DNA of 24,935 nt. Origin: a virus (Duplodnaviria; Caudoviricetes). The translations under genes were made by a program, and so were the position numbers. Below the pieces are notes generated by a model that was not told the DNA's origin, did not search any database, and saw only the letters and a program-made list of their open reading frames with translations. Each line of letters begins with the position of its first letter. Position 1 is the stretch's first letter. Below are positions 8,339-17,447 of this stretch, in pieces. The DNA lies in IMG/VR virus record IMGVR_UViG_3300001868_000027, positions 1 to 24,935 of that record; one strand, given 5' to 3'.

Positions 8339-9071
8339 CCACTTTCAGTCTTTTCGTGCTGTTTACTTTCAGAACGTTCCCTATCGATAGACCGCCTGCC
8401 TTTGCGAGAGCCTTGTAAGCGGTCAAATAGCTTTTCGTATCATCGTTTATACTGGTCGTTTGTCCCAAGGCGCGACTCGTAATATCCATAAGCGAATCGC
8501 CCGGATATACTGTGACCGACTTAACAGCATCCGCAACGCTTGTCGCGTCTGTCCGGTCTTTCAGACCTGTTACTGTGTTTATGGTATTATCCACAGCACT
8601 GCCCACAAATTTATATTCTTTAAGATCCAAACTGAAATAGACATCACCGGTGCCGTCTTTTTCTTCCCACTCGAAGGAATCAATCGTCACCGCATAATTT
8701 ATCGGCGTATCGCTAATTGTAATACGCGCCGGCTGTCCGTTTGTTCGCCAGCCGTCAATAGTCTTGACATAGTTATATGGGCTATCCGGTGTACACTGGC
8801 AAAAACTATATTGCTGGTTTGGAAAAAAACTACTTAGAGCCAATGTGATAAGACCAGTTTTACCAATCATATTTAATTCGCCAAGATTATTTATATTGAC
8901 CGTCGAATTATTCTGCTTTACAGACACTTTAAAGCTTGATGGAGGTATTGGAAGTTGTATCTTCCCTGCAGCCGACTGCAGATATATTTTTGGTGGCTGG
9001 TTTGCTGTACCAGAACTTGATAGGGAGCCTGATGAGAAACTTGAAAGGAGACTTGATAGAATACTACTCAT
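8316..9071 (-). CDS. Tail tube initiator, XkdP-like, with degenerate C-terminal LysM
   Basis: Start reassigned to ATG 9071 (AAAGGAG RBS). QLPIPP, SSFFP, GDVYFSLDLKEYK motifs; LysM-like VTVYPGDSLMDI...LSIGNVLKV; follows the TMP. Confidence 0.88.
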   Translation of the reverse strand: MSSILSSLLSSFSSGSLSSSGTANQPPKIYLQSAAGKIQLPIPPSSFKVSVKQNNSTVNINNLGELNMIGKTGLITLALSSFFPNQQYSFCQCTPDSPYNYVKTIDGWRTNGQPARITISDTPINYAVTIDSFEWEEKDGTGDVYFSLDLKEYKFVGSAVDNTINTVTGLKDRTDATSVADAVKSVTVYPGDSLMDITSRALGQTTSINDDTKSYLTAYKALAKAGGLSIGNVLKVNSTKRLKVGDTNIQL

Positions 9072-9106
9072 TACATCAACTCCTTTTAACATCAAGCAGA
9101 AGGCGC

Positions 9107-11776
9107 TTAGAGTGCACCTTCTGCTCGATTTATTGCATAAGATTTTAACTTGAATGCTAATTTTTCTACAATTTTATCAATGTCAGCATCTTCCCTGACA
9201 ACGATTGTATCTGCCAGCTTTGAAATACTGATTGTATTACCGCTACTACTTTCCTTGCGACCACGTTCGTATTCTTGCTGCATTGACCTAGAATGAGGAA
9301 TAACCCTGCTTCCGTTTGGTAAGTCCACAATTTCTGGGCCTGCATCATGAATCATTGCCGGACCGCCGCGCCAGTTGTCTGTACCATGTGCCAACATAGG
9401 TATAGATGACTGATAATGCTGACCACCAACCACTGGCACCCAGTCCGGTACATCTACACTAACAGAGTTTACGCCGCTAATTACTGCATTTATGGCCGCT
9501 TTAATCGTACTCATTACCGTGTTGCATATGCCTTCAATTGTGCTGAAAATGCCGCGAAAAATCTCCACGACGCCCTGCCAAGCCATCTGCCAGTTACCAG
9601 TAAATACGCCGGTAATAAAGGTTATGATTCCGCCAAGCACCGTTATCACGCCATTAATTACCGTACCGATAATGCTGATTAATCCCGAAAAAACCACACC
9701 GACTACATTAACCATTATGCTAAACCCAGTGATAAAATAATTTTTAATCAAATTTACAACTGACATAATGACGCTGCCCCCTGCGGTTGTTTTAGATGTA
9801 ATACCATTCCATAAGCTGCTAATAACTGCAATGACAGGCCCAGTAATTGCTGAGACTATCGAGACAATTCCATTTCGTAAATTCAACCAGACTGTAATAC
9901 ATGTTGCTATAAAAGCTGCAAGCGTTGATGTAATGCTAGTCCATAGGCTGGCAAATAACGCTTTTATTATGTTCCATCCGGCAATGATCGGCCCGGCGAT
10001 AGACAAGGCAATAGAGACAATCCCGTTACGTAAGTTCAGCCAAAGTGCAATATAAGCTGCAATAAAAGCCTGCGTTTTTGCTGATAATACTTGTAATTTA
10101 TCAGTTATACCCATCTGGTCCATCCATGATTTAATTGCTGTTATGGCTGACGAAAATACAGATACAATGCTACTCCACATACTAGTAAAAAACATTTTCA
10201 CCTGTCCCCAGCTGATTTGAATTGAGCTAGTTACACTTGTTATAGTTGAACTAATGTTATTCATTGCTGATTGAACGTATGTGCTTACACTATTAAATAT
10301 GGATGTTATGCTCACCCCTAAATTGGTGAAAAACTCTTTAACTGGCCCCCAATGGGTATAAATCAGATACGCCAATCCAACAACAACCATGATTGCAATG
10401 CCGATAGGATTCATAAATAATAACCTTGCTGCTGAGCCAACCAATTTAAATACTGCAATTAAATCCGAAAATTTAGTTGCCAAAAACCCGCTAACCGAGC
10501 CCGCCGTTTTAATACCTGTGCTTATTGATGCAATTGTTCCAATTCCAGATCCAAAAACTGATATTACTTTACCAATCGTGCCACTCAAAAGAGTAGTCAC
10601 AACAATTGCCTTTGCAGCTGTGAATATCATGTTCTTCTGTTCATCGCTTAGGCTATTAAATGCTGCTACAAGATTAGTAATCATGATCGCTGTCGATGCT
10701 ATAAGAGGTTGCAACCCATCTGCTAATTCAATACCAGCATTTTTCAGCTGATTCATTGATTTTGCTACTCTACTCGCTGGCGTGCTTAATTTAGACAGAC
10801 TTTCAGACGTAGCACCACTGCTGTCTTTAATCTGCGTCAGCATATCATTAAATTCTTGATCGTTGGACGTCAGGCTTAATGCAAGCTTAAATGCCTTTAC
10901 ATCCTTAATGATCTTGCCCATTGCTTGCTCGTTGCCGCCTGTTTTTTCCTGTATTTCTTTTAAAAAGGCAGGAAAGCCAATTGCCTGGATGTGTGCGCGA
11001 TTTAGCTCAATACCAAAACTTTCTGCCGCTTTTATCGCTTTCGGACTTGCTTTCGTAAACGACTCAAATAATCCCGACAACGTACCTGCTGCACTATTGT
11101 TATCAATCCCATGTTTAACCATGACCGCATAAGCTGCATCCATTTGATCTACACTAACGCCAGCATCTGCCGCCGCCTTAGCAACCCCTGCCAGTGCAGG
11201 CGACATTGCCGACATTTCAACCTTTGCCAGCCTAGCCGTCACAACCAGCTTGTCATTGATCATTGCGGCTTGATCTGCACCTAGACTATATGCTTTTAAA
11301 TATGAGTTTGTTGTTTCAATGACTGTGTCTAATTCCATACCGGAAACTTTACTATACTTGATAGCATCACCTAAGAACCTCATACTATCGCCAGCGGCAA
11401 TACCACCTGCAATTGCTTTTTGCATTGCGGTTGCAATTGTTTCCGATGCAACACCGGTTTGATTTGATAGATCAATGATCCCCTTTTTCATCTGTGTGGT
11501 TTGATCTACGGTTAGATTTCCAAGCATTCCAACTCTTGCCATTGCTTTATCCATGCTTTGACTAAGTGCAAAACCAGCGGTAGCAGCGGCAACTAGTGGC
11601 AACGAAATAACCGCTGTAGCCTTCCCAAAGCTTGAAATGCTTTTGCCGGTGCTCTCAATGTCCTTGCCAAGTCTTTTATGAATTTTAGACTGTTCTTCTA
11701 AATTCCTAGATACATTTTTCAATGTTGGCGAAAACTTATCTTTCAAACTTAGAATCGCATCGATAACTCTTGCCAT
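9107..11776 (-). CDS. Tail tape measure protein (TP901-like core), 889 aa
   Basis: Long Ala/Ile-rich helical ORF after the chaperone; Trp-anchored 11/18-residue periodicity; WLNLRNGIVSI repeated 51 aa apart; C-terminal IPMLAHGT...GPEIVDLPNGSRVIP; GGAGGAG RBS. Confidence 0.96.
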   Translation of the reverse strand: MARVIDAILSLKDKFSPTLKNVSRNLEEQSKIHKRLGKDIESTGKSISSFGKATAVISLPLVAAATAGFALSQSMDKAMARVGMLGNLTVDQTTQMKKGIIDLSNQTGVASETIATAMQKAIAGGIAAGDSMRFLGDAIKYSKVSGMELDTVIETTNSYLKAYSLGADQAAMINDKLVVTARLAKVEMSAMSPALAGVAKAAADAGVSVDQMDAAYAVMVKHGIDNNSAAGTLSGLFESFTKASPKAIKAAESFGIELNRAHIQAIGFPAFLKEIQEKTGGNEQAMGKIIKDVKAFKLALSLTSNDQEFNDMLTQIKDSSGATSESLSKLSTPASRVAKSMNQLKNAGIELADGLQPLIASTAIMITNLVAAFNSLSDEQKNMIFTAAKAIVVTTLLSGTIGKVISVFGSGIGTIASISTGIKTAGSVSGFLATKFSDLIAVFKLVGSAARLLFMNPIGIAIMVVVGLAYLIYTHWGPVKEFFTNLGVSITSIFNSVSTYVQSAMNNISSTITSVTSSIQISWGQVKMFFTSMWSSIVSVFSSAITAIKSWMDQMGITDKLQVLSAKTQAFIAAYIALWLNLRNGIVSIALSIAGPIIAGWNIIKALFASLWTSITSTLAAFIATCITVWLNLRNGIVSIVSAITGPVIAVISSLWNGITSKTTAGGSVIMSVVNLIKNYFITGFSIMVNVVGVVFSGLISIIGTVINGVITVLGGIITFITGVFTGNWQMAWQGVVEIFRGIFSTIEGICNTVMSTIKAAINAVISGVNSVSVDVPDWVPVVGGQHYQSSIPMLAHGTDNWRGGPAMIHDAGPEIVDLPNGSRVIPHSRSMQQEYERGRKESSSGNTISISKLADTIVVREDADIDKIVEKLAFKLKSYAINRAEGAL

Positions 11777-11779
11777 TGA

Positions 11780-11962
11780 TCACTCTCCTCCTTCCGGTGG
11801 AGTATTTTCTTTTTCCCTCTGTAATAATTCATACCGCATGAACGAATATAAAATTTGACGCTCACCGACTGGAAGCCAATATATTTCACTAGGATTTTTG
11901 TGATGAAATCTAAAAAGATAATACATTAGCTGTGCTTCGCTGTCGGTTTCAATTAGTTTTTT
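11780..11962 (-). CDS. -1 frameshift extension of the tail assembly chaperone (lambda gpGT-like C-terminal part)
   Basis: The -1 frame is open from the slippery site to TGA at 11780-11782, three bases before the TMP ATG: KKLIETDSEAQLMYYLFRFHHKNPSEIYWLPVGERQILYSFMRYELLQREKENTPPEGGE. Confidence 0.88.
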   Translation of the reverse strand, partial: KKLIETDSEAQLMYYLFRFHHKNPSEIYWLPVGERQILYSFMRYELLQREKENTPPEGGE

Positions 11963-12372
11963 ATTTCTTCGTCCGTTTCGTCTTCATCCTTATCATAGCC
12001 GCTTAGAACGTTGATTTCATTGTAAATGTCTGCAATTTCCCCACTTAAGAATAATTTGGAAACTAATTCTTTTGGAGTGATTACGCTAAAATGATCCAGT
12101 AACTTTTTTTCTTTAAGGTTGGGTTCTTTTACGCCGTCGAGCAACGTCAAAACTTGCAGATCAAACATGTTAAAATCCTTAATGCCTCCTTTTTTGTTAA
12201 GATCCACGGACTGTCGCTGAATTTCCGCATAACGCTTTGGATTCAGTGCTTCCAGTTCAAGTTCAAATTTACTATTCAATTTTTTGCTTAGACGTTCCAC
12301 TTCATATTTTTTATGTGGCTTTTCCGTTAATTTACCAGCATCCGTTGTCAACAATTTATCAATCAAACTCAT
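11953..12372 (-). CDS. Tail assembly chaperone, XkdN-like, 139 aa
   Basis: Start reassigned to MSLIDKLL (ATG 12372, AGGAGG RBS); GVKEPNLK, TPKELV, GEIADIY, LSGY, EEIKN motifs; between tube and TMP. Confidence 0.92.
   Translation of the reverse strand: MSLIDKLLTTDAGKLTEKPHKKYEVERLSKKLNSKFELELEALNPKRYAEIQRQSVDLNKKGGIKDFNMFDLQVLTLLDGVKEPNLKEKKLLDHFSVITPKELVSKLFLSGEIADIYNEINVLSGYDKDEDETDEEIKN
11956..11962 (-). other. Programmed -1 ribosomal frameshift heptamer A AAA AAC
   Basis: Coding strand reads ATA AAA AAC TAA: an X XXY YYZ heptamer in the correct frame immediately before the stop. Confidence 0.88.
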
Positions 12373-12401
12373 AATTATTCCTCCTAAAATTAAGACTTTC
12401 G

Positions 12402-12438
12402 AAATAAATAAGAGACAGTCTACAATGTAGGCTGCCTC
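12402..12438 (-). terminator. Probable intrinsic terminator after the tail tube gene
   Basis: Minus strand GAGGCAGCCTAC-ATT-GTAGACTGTCTC (one G-U pair, one mismatch) followed by TTATTTATTT. Confidence 0.7.
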
Positions 12439-12445
12439 CATTCCT

Positions 12446-12883
12446 TTATTCATCCGCCGTATCTAAAATATCCCAATCACTAAACGTAAAGTTGTATGAT
12501 TCTTCACCCATTTTTTTAGCTGACCAATCGGCTAGAATTAATTCATCAAATACCGCGTCTTTAATAACTATACGCTCAGAGCCAATCGCATCTGGATCAT
12601 CTAACTTACTAATGAGCGTACAAACTGTTTGCTTCCCGGCTTTCATATTAGCATTCATTTTCGTGATCATATAGCTTGAAATATGATTCATTTTTAAGCT
12701 ACCTTTGCACGTATAGCCAACGACTTTATACTGCTTAGATAATTTTTTAACCATGTTAATTTCTGTTTTATCTATTGCTACGCTGGCCTTAAATTCGGTA
12801 ATCTGCGACATATAGTCGCCATCAATCCACACCTCGCCTTGCGTGCCATTCATAACCTGTTTTGCTTCCATACCTGTAGACAT
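12446..12883 (-). CDS. Tail tube protein, XkdM (DUF2001)-like
   Basis: VMNGTQGEVWIDG, GSLKM, SKLDDPDAIGSERI, EESYNFTFSDW motifs; 145 aa after the sheath. Confidence 0.95.
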   Translation of the reverse strand: MSTGMEAKQVMNGTQGEVWIDGDYMSQITEFKASVAIDKTEINMVKKLSKQYKVVGYTCKGSLKMNHISSYMITKMNANMKAGKQTVCTLISKLDDPDAIGSERIVIKDAVFDELILADWSAKKMGEESYNFTFSDWDILDTADE

Positions 12884-12908
12884 TTATATTTCACCCCCAA
12901 AAAAATTA

Positions 12909-14321
12909 TTAAATTGAAATACCAAGTTTAATGTCTTCAATCGCATCTAAGATTTTAATGCTCGCCGCTAAAAAAACTTGATCTCTCGTGTTTGCTTCAT
13001 TAACTGTTTGATCCTTCATCGCCGCCAGTTCAGCTTGTGTAAAATCACCATTACTAAGCAAATATACGCGTTGCTGTTCGGTATCAATTGCTACACTATT
13101 TTTCTTCCGGTCAAGAATACCATCCAGCTCAAGCTGGTCGAAATAACCTTGTATTGCTGAGATTAACAGACATTTATGGTCGTAACTATTACTATATTTA
13201 CCAATATACGAATCATTTGCTGTGGTTTTAATATCATCATGAATCATATCCATTGCATCAATAAGTTTAACCTTTTTAAAGCTGCCGCCTTTCGATTCAA
13301 TTGTTGTCACAAAACTATTCACACCGCGAGCAACCTTATATTTAGTGCCATCATACATGATGAAAAATTCACCAGCGGCAATTTTGGTATCCATTTCCTC
13401 TTTAGTGTAAATATCACAAGATACAACCTCTGAAAGTGACGCAAACGTGCAGCTTATTGTCATTGGAGTTCCGGCAATCAATCCGGCAATGCGGCTGCAA
13501 TACTGCGCCGTGGTATAAGTCTTTGAAGCTGTCGTGATAGTCGTATTTGTAAAATTAACAATACCTTCAGAATCAGCTTTTGAGTGCGGCAAAACTGCTT
13601 TTACCATCTTGTCTTTCGTGGATCGCATAGTTTTAATCCATGTGGCGATAGTATCCACATCTGCTGTCACAATCCCCGGGATAACCAAATAATCCCAACG
13701 TGCATTTTCTAGTAGAAGCAATGCCGCGTTGTAATTTTCCTCCGCTGTTTCAATTACATATACCAAAATCTTTTTCGGTGGCGTCTGGTACCCTTTCAAA
13801 CAAAGTTCAATTTGTTCCTGGTTATCAGCCGACAGCGCATCCGGGACATCTGTTGTTGTATATACCGTGATCGGGCTGGCGAACGAATAACTCGTTGTTA
13901 TAGATTCTTGTGTCAAAGTACCTGTGCCAGTTACAGAAAAAACAGGTGGAGTATTGCCGTTGCCAGCGATTTTTTCTGTTACGGTAATATCCCCGGAATT
14001 AGCAGCAGCCGTATAAAGTGCGCTGATCGTGCTATTATCATTTAATGCGGCTGCAATGTTGGTTGCCGTTGTCGCCAGATTCGCGGCAATAGCAAAATTT
14101 GTCGCGTCCGTTTTATCGGTTGTTGCCGCAAAAGTGATCCCATTAAACGAAATAGTATCACCGGCAACCAATTGTTTGCTTACGTTAACCACTCGTTTTC
14201 CTGCTACGGCTAATGCCGTTTCTTTGATGATCATCGCTACAATGCCGCGCTGACTTCGTGTAATTGCCGTGATTGACGTACTTTTAAACGCAATCGTGAT
14301 TGACGGTAAGCCTAAACTCAT
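12909..14321 (-). CDS. Contractile tail sheath protein, XkdK/diffocin-like, 470 aa
   Basis: LGLPSITIAF, RSQRGIVAMI, ADSEGIVNF, YCSRIAGLIAG, KVARGVNS, YIGKYSNSYD, DAIEDI motifs. Confidence 0.96.
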   Translation of the reverse strand: MSLGLPSITIAFKSTSITAITRSQRGIVAMIIKETALAVAGKRVVNVSKQLVAGDTISFNGITFAATTDKTDATNFAIAANLATTATNIAAALNDNSTISALYTAAANSGDITVTEKIAGNGNTPPVFSVTGTGTLTQESITTSYSFASPITVYTTTDVPDALSADNQEQIELCLKGYQTPPKKILVYVIETAEENYNAALLLLENARWDYLVIPGIVTADVDTIATWIKTMRSTKDKMVKAVLPHSKADSEGIVNFTNTTITTASKTYTTAQYCSRIAGLIAGTPMTISCTFASLSEVVSCDIYTKEEMDTKIAAGEFFIMYDGTKYKVARGVNSFVTTIESKGGSFKKVKLIDAMDMIHDDIKTTANDSYIGKYSNSYDHKCLLISAIQGYFDQLELDGILDRKKNSVAIDTEQQRVYLLSNGDFTQAELAAMKDQTVNEANTRDQVFLAASIKILDAIEDIKLGISI

Positions 14322-14327
14322 TATTCA

Positions 14328-14780
14328 TCATTCCTTTATAATCAATTTTTTGTTTAAAACTAAATTTCCCATAATGTCATAAGTTTCTTTTTTGCGGTTA
14401 GTATTATCCAAGTAGTCAATATTGATTGTTACCTGCAATATGTCTTGCTTCTCACCGATTCTATCAGTCGCGAAGTTCTTGACGTGCAAATATCTGTCAC
14501 CGGCCTGGAAACCAGTATCGAAAAGCAAATTAAGATCATCGGTCATGTCCAAATAAGCGATCTCTTTATTTACATCCGGACTTGCAAAGTAGGTGATGAT
14601 GATGCTTAAGGTGTTGTCGTTAAAATTTAATGTATTCGAATTAGTTCGCTTAATCAACTTTACAAAAAAACAAGGCTGTTTAAAACCTTCAACAATTTCA
14701 TCTGTATAGATTTTATGGTCGCTGTATTTCGTCTTGAGTAAGCCCGTAACCGCTTTAATTATTGCCGTTTGCCTAAGCAC
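14328..14780 (-). CDS. Probable tail terminator/completion protein
   Basis: IYTDEIVEGFKQPCFFVKL and IITYF motifs; lies immediately upstream of the sheath; GTG start. Confidence 0.8.
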   Translation of the reverse strand: MLRQTAIIKAVTGLLKTKYSDHKIYTDEIVEGFKQPCFFVKLIKRTNSNTLNFNDNTLSIIITYFASPDVNKEIAYLDMTDDLNLLFDTGFQAGDRYLHVKNFATDRIGEKQDILQVTINIDYLDNTNRKKETYDIMGNLVLNKKLIIKE

Positions 14781-14784
14781 ATCA

Positions 14785-15207
14785 TCACCGCTTTTCTATT
14801 TTTTTTGCAATCTCATTCATAAACTTTTCTAATTCGGCTGGAACAACAGTTGTGTCCACTTCCTGTGCTGTAGCTTCTAGAAAGTGTTTGCCTTGCACAA
14901 AACCAAGCACTTGTCCTTTTTTATTTTTCTGCACATGACCGCGATCAACTAAGTGAAAGTGTGGACTTGTTGACCAAACCTCACATTCAAGATTTTCACC
15001 TTTATAGCCGGTTACTTTGGATTTCCAAGATTTTTTTAACTTACGTTTACTCGCTTTACCGCTGTCCGGAGATTTATCACGAACAATTTTTTTGAATTTA
15101 TTACCGATTTTGTTTAATCGCTTCTCGCTTTCAAGCGGAAACTCGTTTGCCACTTGATTAATATCACCCAAAAAGTCGTCTATTTTAAATTCAAGTCCAT
15201 CGCTCAT
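14785..15207 (-). CDS. HK97 gp10-family tail completion protein
   Basis: SPDSG...LKKSW, PHFHLVDRGH, GFVQGKHFLE motifs; neck-region synteny. Confidence 0.88.
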   Translation of the reverse strand: MSDGLEFKIDDFLGDINQVANEFPLESEKRLNKIGNKFKKIVRDKSPDSGKASKRKLKKSWKSKVTGYKGENLECEVWSTSPHFHLVDRGHVQKNKKGQVLGFVQGKHFLEATAQEVDTTVVPAELEKFMNEIAKKIEKR

Positions 15208-15551
15208 GTTGTAACGTCGCTAAGACCGCGACTTTTTTCAGTGCAATAGAACTCTAATGCCGAATGATTCATGTACGGATCAACGATATTTTGAATTTCA
15301 AACGTTCGACTTTGATATTCAATGAGCATAGAAGCTTCAATACCTTTATGAAATCGCGTTGTTATTTTATAACTATCCTCGGTTCTAATCTTCTGCGCTT
15401 CATAATACTCTTTCCCTCTAGCCGGCTCTATCCTGGCCCAGCAGGTCAATAATTCCTTTTTATGCTGTTCAGTTAATTCTAATTCGTTTTCAACTTCTTC
15501 GTAGGTGATAAAAGTTATTCTTCTATTCAAACTACCGGCGTTAATACTCAT
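15204..15551 (-). CDS. Head closure/head-tail joining protein (SPP1 gp16-like)
   Basis: AGSLNRRITF, CWARIEPARGKEY, ITTRF, FEIQNI motifs. Confidence 0.92.
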   Translation of the reverse strand: MSINAGSLNRRITFITYEEVENELELTEQHKKELLTCWARIEPARGKEYYEAQKIRTEDSYKITTRFHKGIEASMLIEYQSRTFEIQNIVDPYMNHSALEFYCTEKSRGLSDVTT

Positions 15552-15823
15552 ACCGTCACCGGTGATAATCTTAACTGGGCAATAGTACCTTTAAGTATTA
15601 CTGCCGGATCAATAGGATTTCCACGATCATCCATCATTGCAGGGTATCTCAATAAAATACCGCAATAAACTGAAACCGCCACTTTATACCTTGAATTTGT
15701 ATAATCCTGCGTGGCTCCAGCATTAAGTAAAAATGATTCGGCATCTTCCTTGTAGCCAGTTAAAATTACATCAAGATCATTTCCATCTACCTTTAAAAAT
15801 AGTTTTAATTCGTCTAAGTCCAC
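15548..15823 (-). CDS. Head-tail connector (HK97 gp6/SPP1 gp15-like)
   Basis: LDELKLFLKVDGNDLD N-terminus and IAQLRL C-terminus; 91 aa; GTG start. Confidence 0.88.
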   Translation of the reverse strand: MDLDELKLFLKVDGNDLDVILTGYKEDAESFLLNAGATQDYTNSRYKVAVSVYCGILLRYPAMMDDRGNPIDPAVILKGTIAQLRLSPVTV

Positions 15824-15826
15824 AAT

Positions 15827-16120
15827 TTAACCCCCTGTAATTTCAGCATCCACGCTGTAGGGAGCAAGTACAATTTTAAGACCTGATTTTTCATTTTCTT
15901 GGCGAACGCGAATCTCTAACTCTTCATATTCGTGAGACATTAAAGGACGGTTCACTCTGAAAATAACAACTGTTTCTGTTTGCTGTAAAACCTCAGTAGT
16001 TTCAGTATTAATGACAGTTGGTGCTGTTAGTTCTTCAGGTACTATCTGGGCAGCACTCTCAGCTATTTTTTGTAATGCTTCAGAATTGTCAATAGTCGCT
16101 GTCTCTTTTTCTCCTGGCAT
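15827..16120 (-). CDS. Hypothetical protein between capsid and connector, 97 aa
   Basis: AAGGTGA RBS; Glu/Thr-rich N-terminal half, compact C-terminal half; no family recognised. Confidence 0.8.
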   Translation of the reverse strand: MPGEKETATIDNSEALQKIAESAAQIVPEELTAPTVINTETTEVLQQTETVVIFRVNRPLMSHEYEELEIRVRQENEKSGLKIVLAPYSVDAEITGG

Positions 16121-16137
16121 TCATATCACCTTTCCTT

Positions 16138-16174
16138 AAAAAATAATATGAGGGCAGTTAATACCACCCTCATA
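16138..16174 (-). terminator. Probable intrinsic terminator after the major capsid gene
   Basis: Minus strand TATGAGGGTGGT-ATTA-ACTGCCCTCATA (two G-U pairs) followed by TTATTTTTT. Confidence 0.8.
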
Positions 16175-16184
16175 CATTAGTTAT

Positions 16185-17447
16185 TTACACTGCAGCTTTT
16201 TTAGTAACACGAAGGAATCCGTTATAAGCCACTACATTTCCACCAATAAAGATGCTGGCTCTATGCGCGATCTGCCCCGATGAGAATTTAAAATCAGTTG
16301 AACGTTGTACGTCTAAGTTGCTGAAAATGGCCAGTTTGTAATTTGATAGAGGGCCATAGGCCATGCAGTAAGATCCTGCTGTAGTTCCTGATGCGCTCAG
16401 AGCATTACAAGCACTATTGATAATATACGGAACCGTATCAATCGTGCCAGTATTGCCGTTAGTGGTAATTTTGTGGAATCGTTCGCCAGTTGTAGTGCGA
16501 AGTTGGCTAAATGCCTTTAAGTCTGATTTGTTTAAAATCAAAACAGCCGTATCTTCTACGTCCTCGCTTCCACCAAACCCAAAAACAATATCATCCAACG
16601 TGGTAATGCCGATAGCCGAAACAGCTAAATCACTGGCAAGAAGAATAGCAGTAGCGGCAGTTGAAAAAATACCTGCAAGATGATTAGTTGTACCATCGCC
16701 GACAAGAATCTCCTTAGTAATTTTTCTGCGAACAGCTTTGGAAATACCTGCCATGACTTCTTGCTCATAAGGGGCAGCAGGTAATTTTAATAGCTCTTCG
16801 GTTGACTCGCTATAGGACGTAACCTTGGCTTTGGTAATAGATGCTTTACCAAATACAGGATCATTGTTATTAAACGCGACACCTTCAAGCGAGTAGTCGC
16901 CAGCAGGGTTGTCAATCAAATAAGGCTGGGTGTAAGACTCGCCACCAGTAAGAGATTGGATAGTAACACGTTCAATCAGGCTAGAAATCTGATTAAAAGT
17001 AGGATTGATAGTAGTTGCTTGATAGTCAGGCAATAAAATACCAGCACTAGCAACCGTTACGGCTCGCTGCTCTAACAGATCCTTACCGCGCTTTTCGCAA
17101 TCAGCTAAATTAATTTCTTCTTTGGTGCGTTTTTCGCCATCGAAATTAGCATTAGCGAGAGGTTTAAATCCAACGCCTGGAGTAAATTGAGTGCCACGTT
17201 TTTCTGCTTCAGCTGTTTCGGCGGCATTAATTTTTTTTGTTCTTTCTGATTGGCCATCATCAATTAACTCTACAGGAATAGCATTAATCATGCCGCGATC
17301 TTCAATAATTTCCTTTTCCAAACCATTGATCTCTTTAAAAATACTTCTAATTTCTTTCGCATCCTCAGTAGATGCTGATTTTACTTCCAATTCGGAAATA
17401 CGTGCTTCTTTTTTAGCGATTCTATCTAAAATTATTTTTTTATTCAT
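16185..17447 (-). CDS. Major capsid protein, HK97 fold, with N-terminal coiled-coil scaffold (delta) domain
   Basis: Charged coiled-coil ~128 aa N-terminus, then R/AVTVASAGILLP; FGKASI, TEELLK, ILVGDG motifs; follows the protease; 420 aa. Confidence 0.95.
   Translation of the reverse strand: MNKKIILDRIAKKEARISELEVKSASTEDAKEIRSIFKEINGLEKEIIEDRGMINAIPVELIDDGQSERTKKINAAETAEAEKRGTQFTPGVGFKPLANANFDGEKRTKEEINLADCEKRGKDLLEQRAVTVASAGILLPDYQATTINPTFNQISSLIERVTIQSLTGGESYTQPYLIDNPAGDYSLEGVAFNNNDPVFGKASITKAKVTSYSESTEELLKLPAAPYEQEVMAGISKAVRRKITKEILVGDGTTNHLAGIFSTAATAILLASDLAVSAIGITTLDDIVFGFGGSEDVEDTAVLILNKSDLKAFSQLRTTTGERFHKITTNGNTGTIDTVPYIINSACNALSASGTTAGSYCMAYGPLSNYKLAIFSNLDVQRSTDFKFSSGQIAHRASIFIGGNVVAYNGFLRVTKKAAV

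Noticed and set aside
9850-10045. Repeated WLNLRNGIVSI in the tape measure protein
   Set aside because: The 51-aa spacing fits the ordinary 11/18-residue periodicity of tape measure proteins.
12373-12453. Longer N-termini given by the ORF track (also 4765-4806, 9072-9095, 19438-19455, 21868-21900)
   Set aside because: Downstream starts have clear SD sequences; the extensions run through terminators or neighbouring genes.
3535-14321. Stand-alone tailocin (diffocin/PBSX-like) interpretation
   Set aside because: The tail is contiguous with intact-looking terminase, portal, protease, capsid and neck genes.
16175-16205. Frameshift or read-through extension of the major capsid at ACT AAA AAA GCT
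   Set aside because: The -1, +1 and read-through frames all hit stops within a few codons, so no extra domain can be added.
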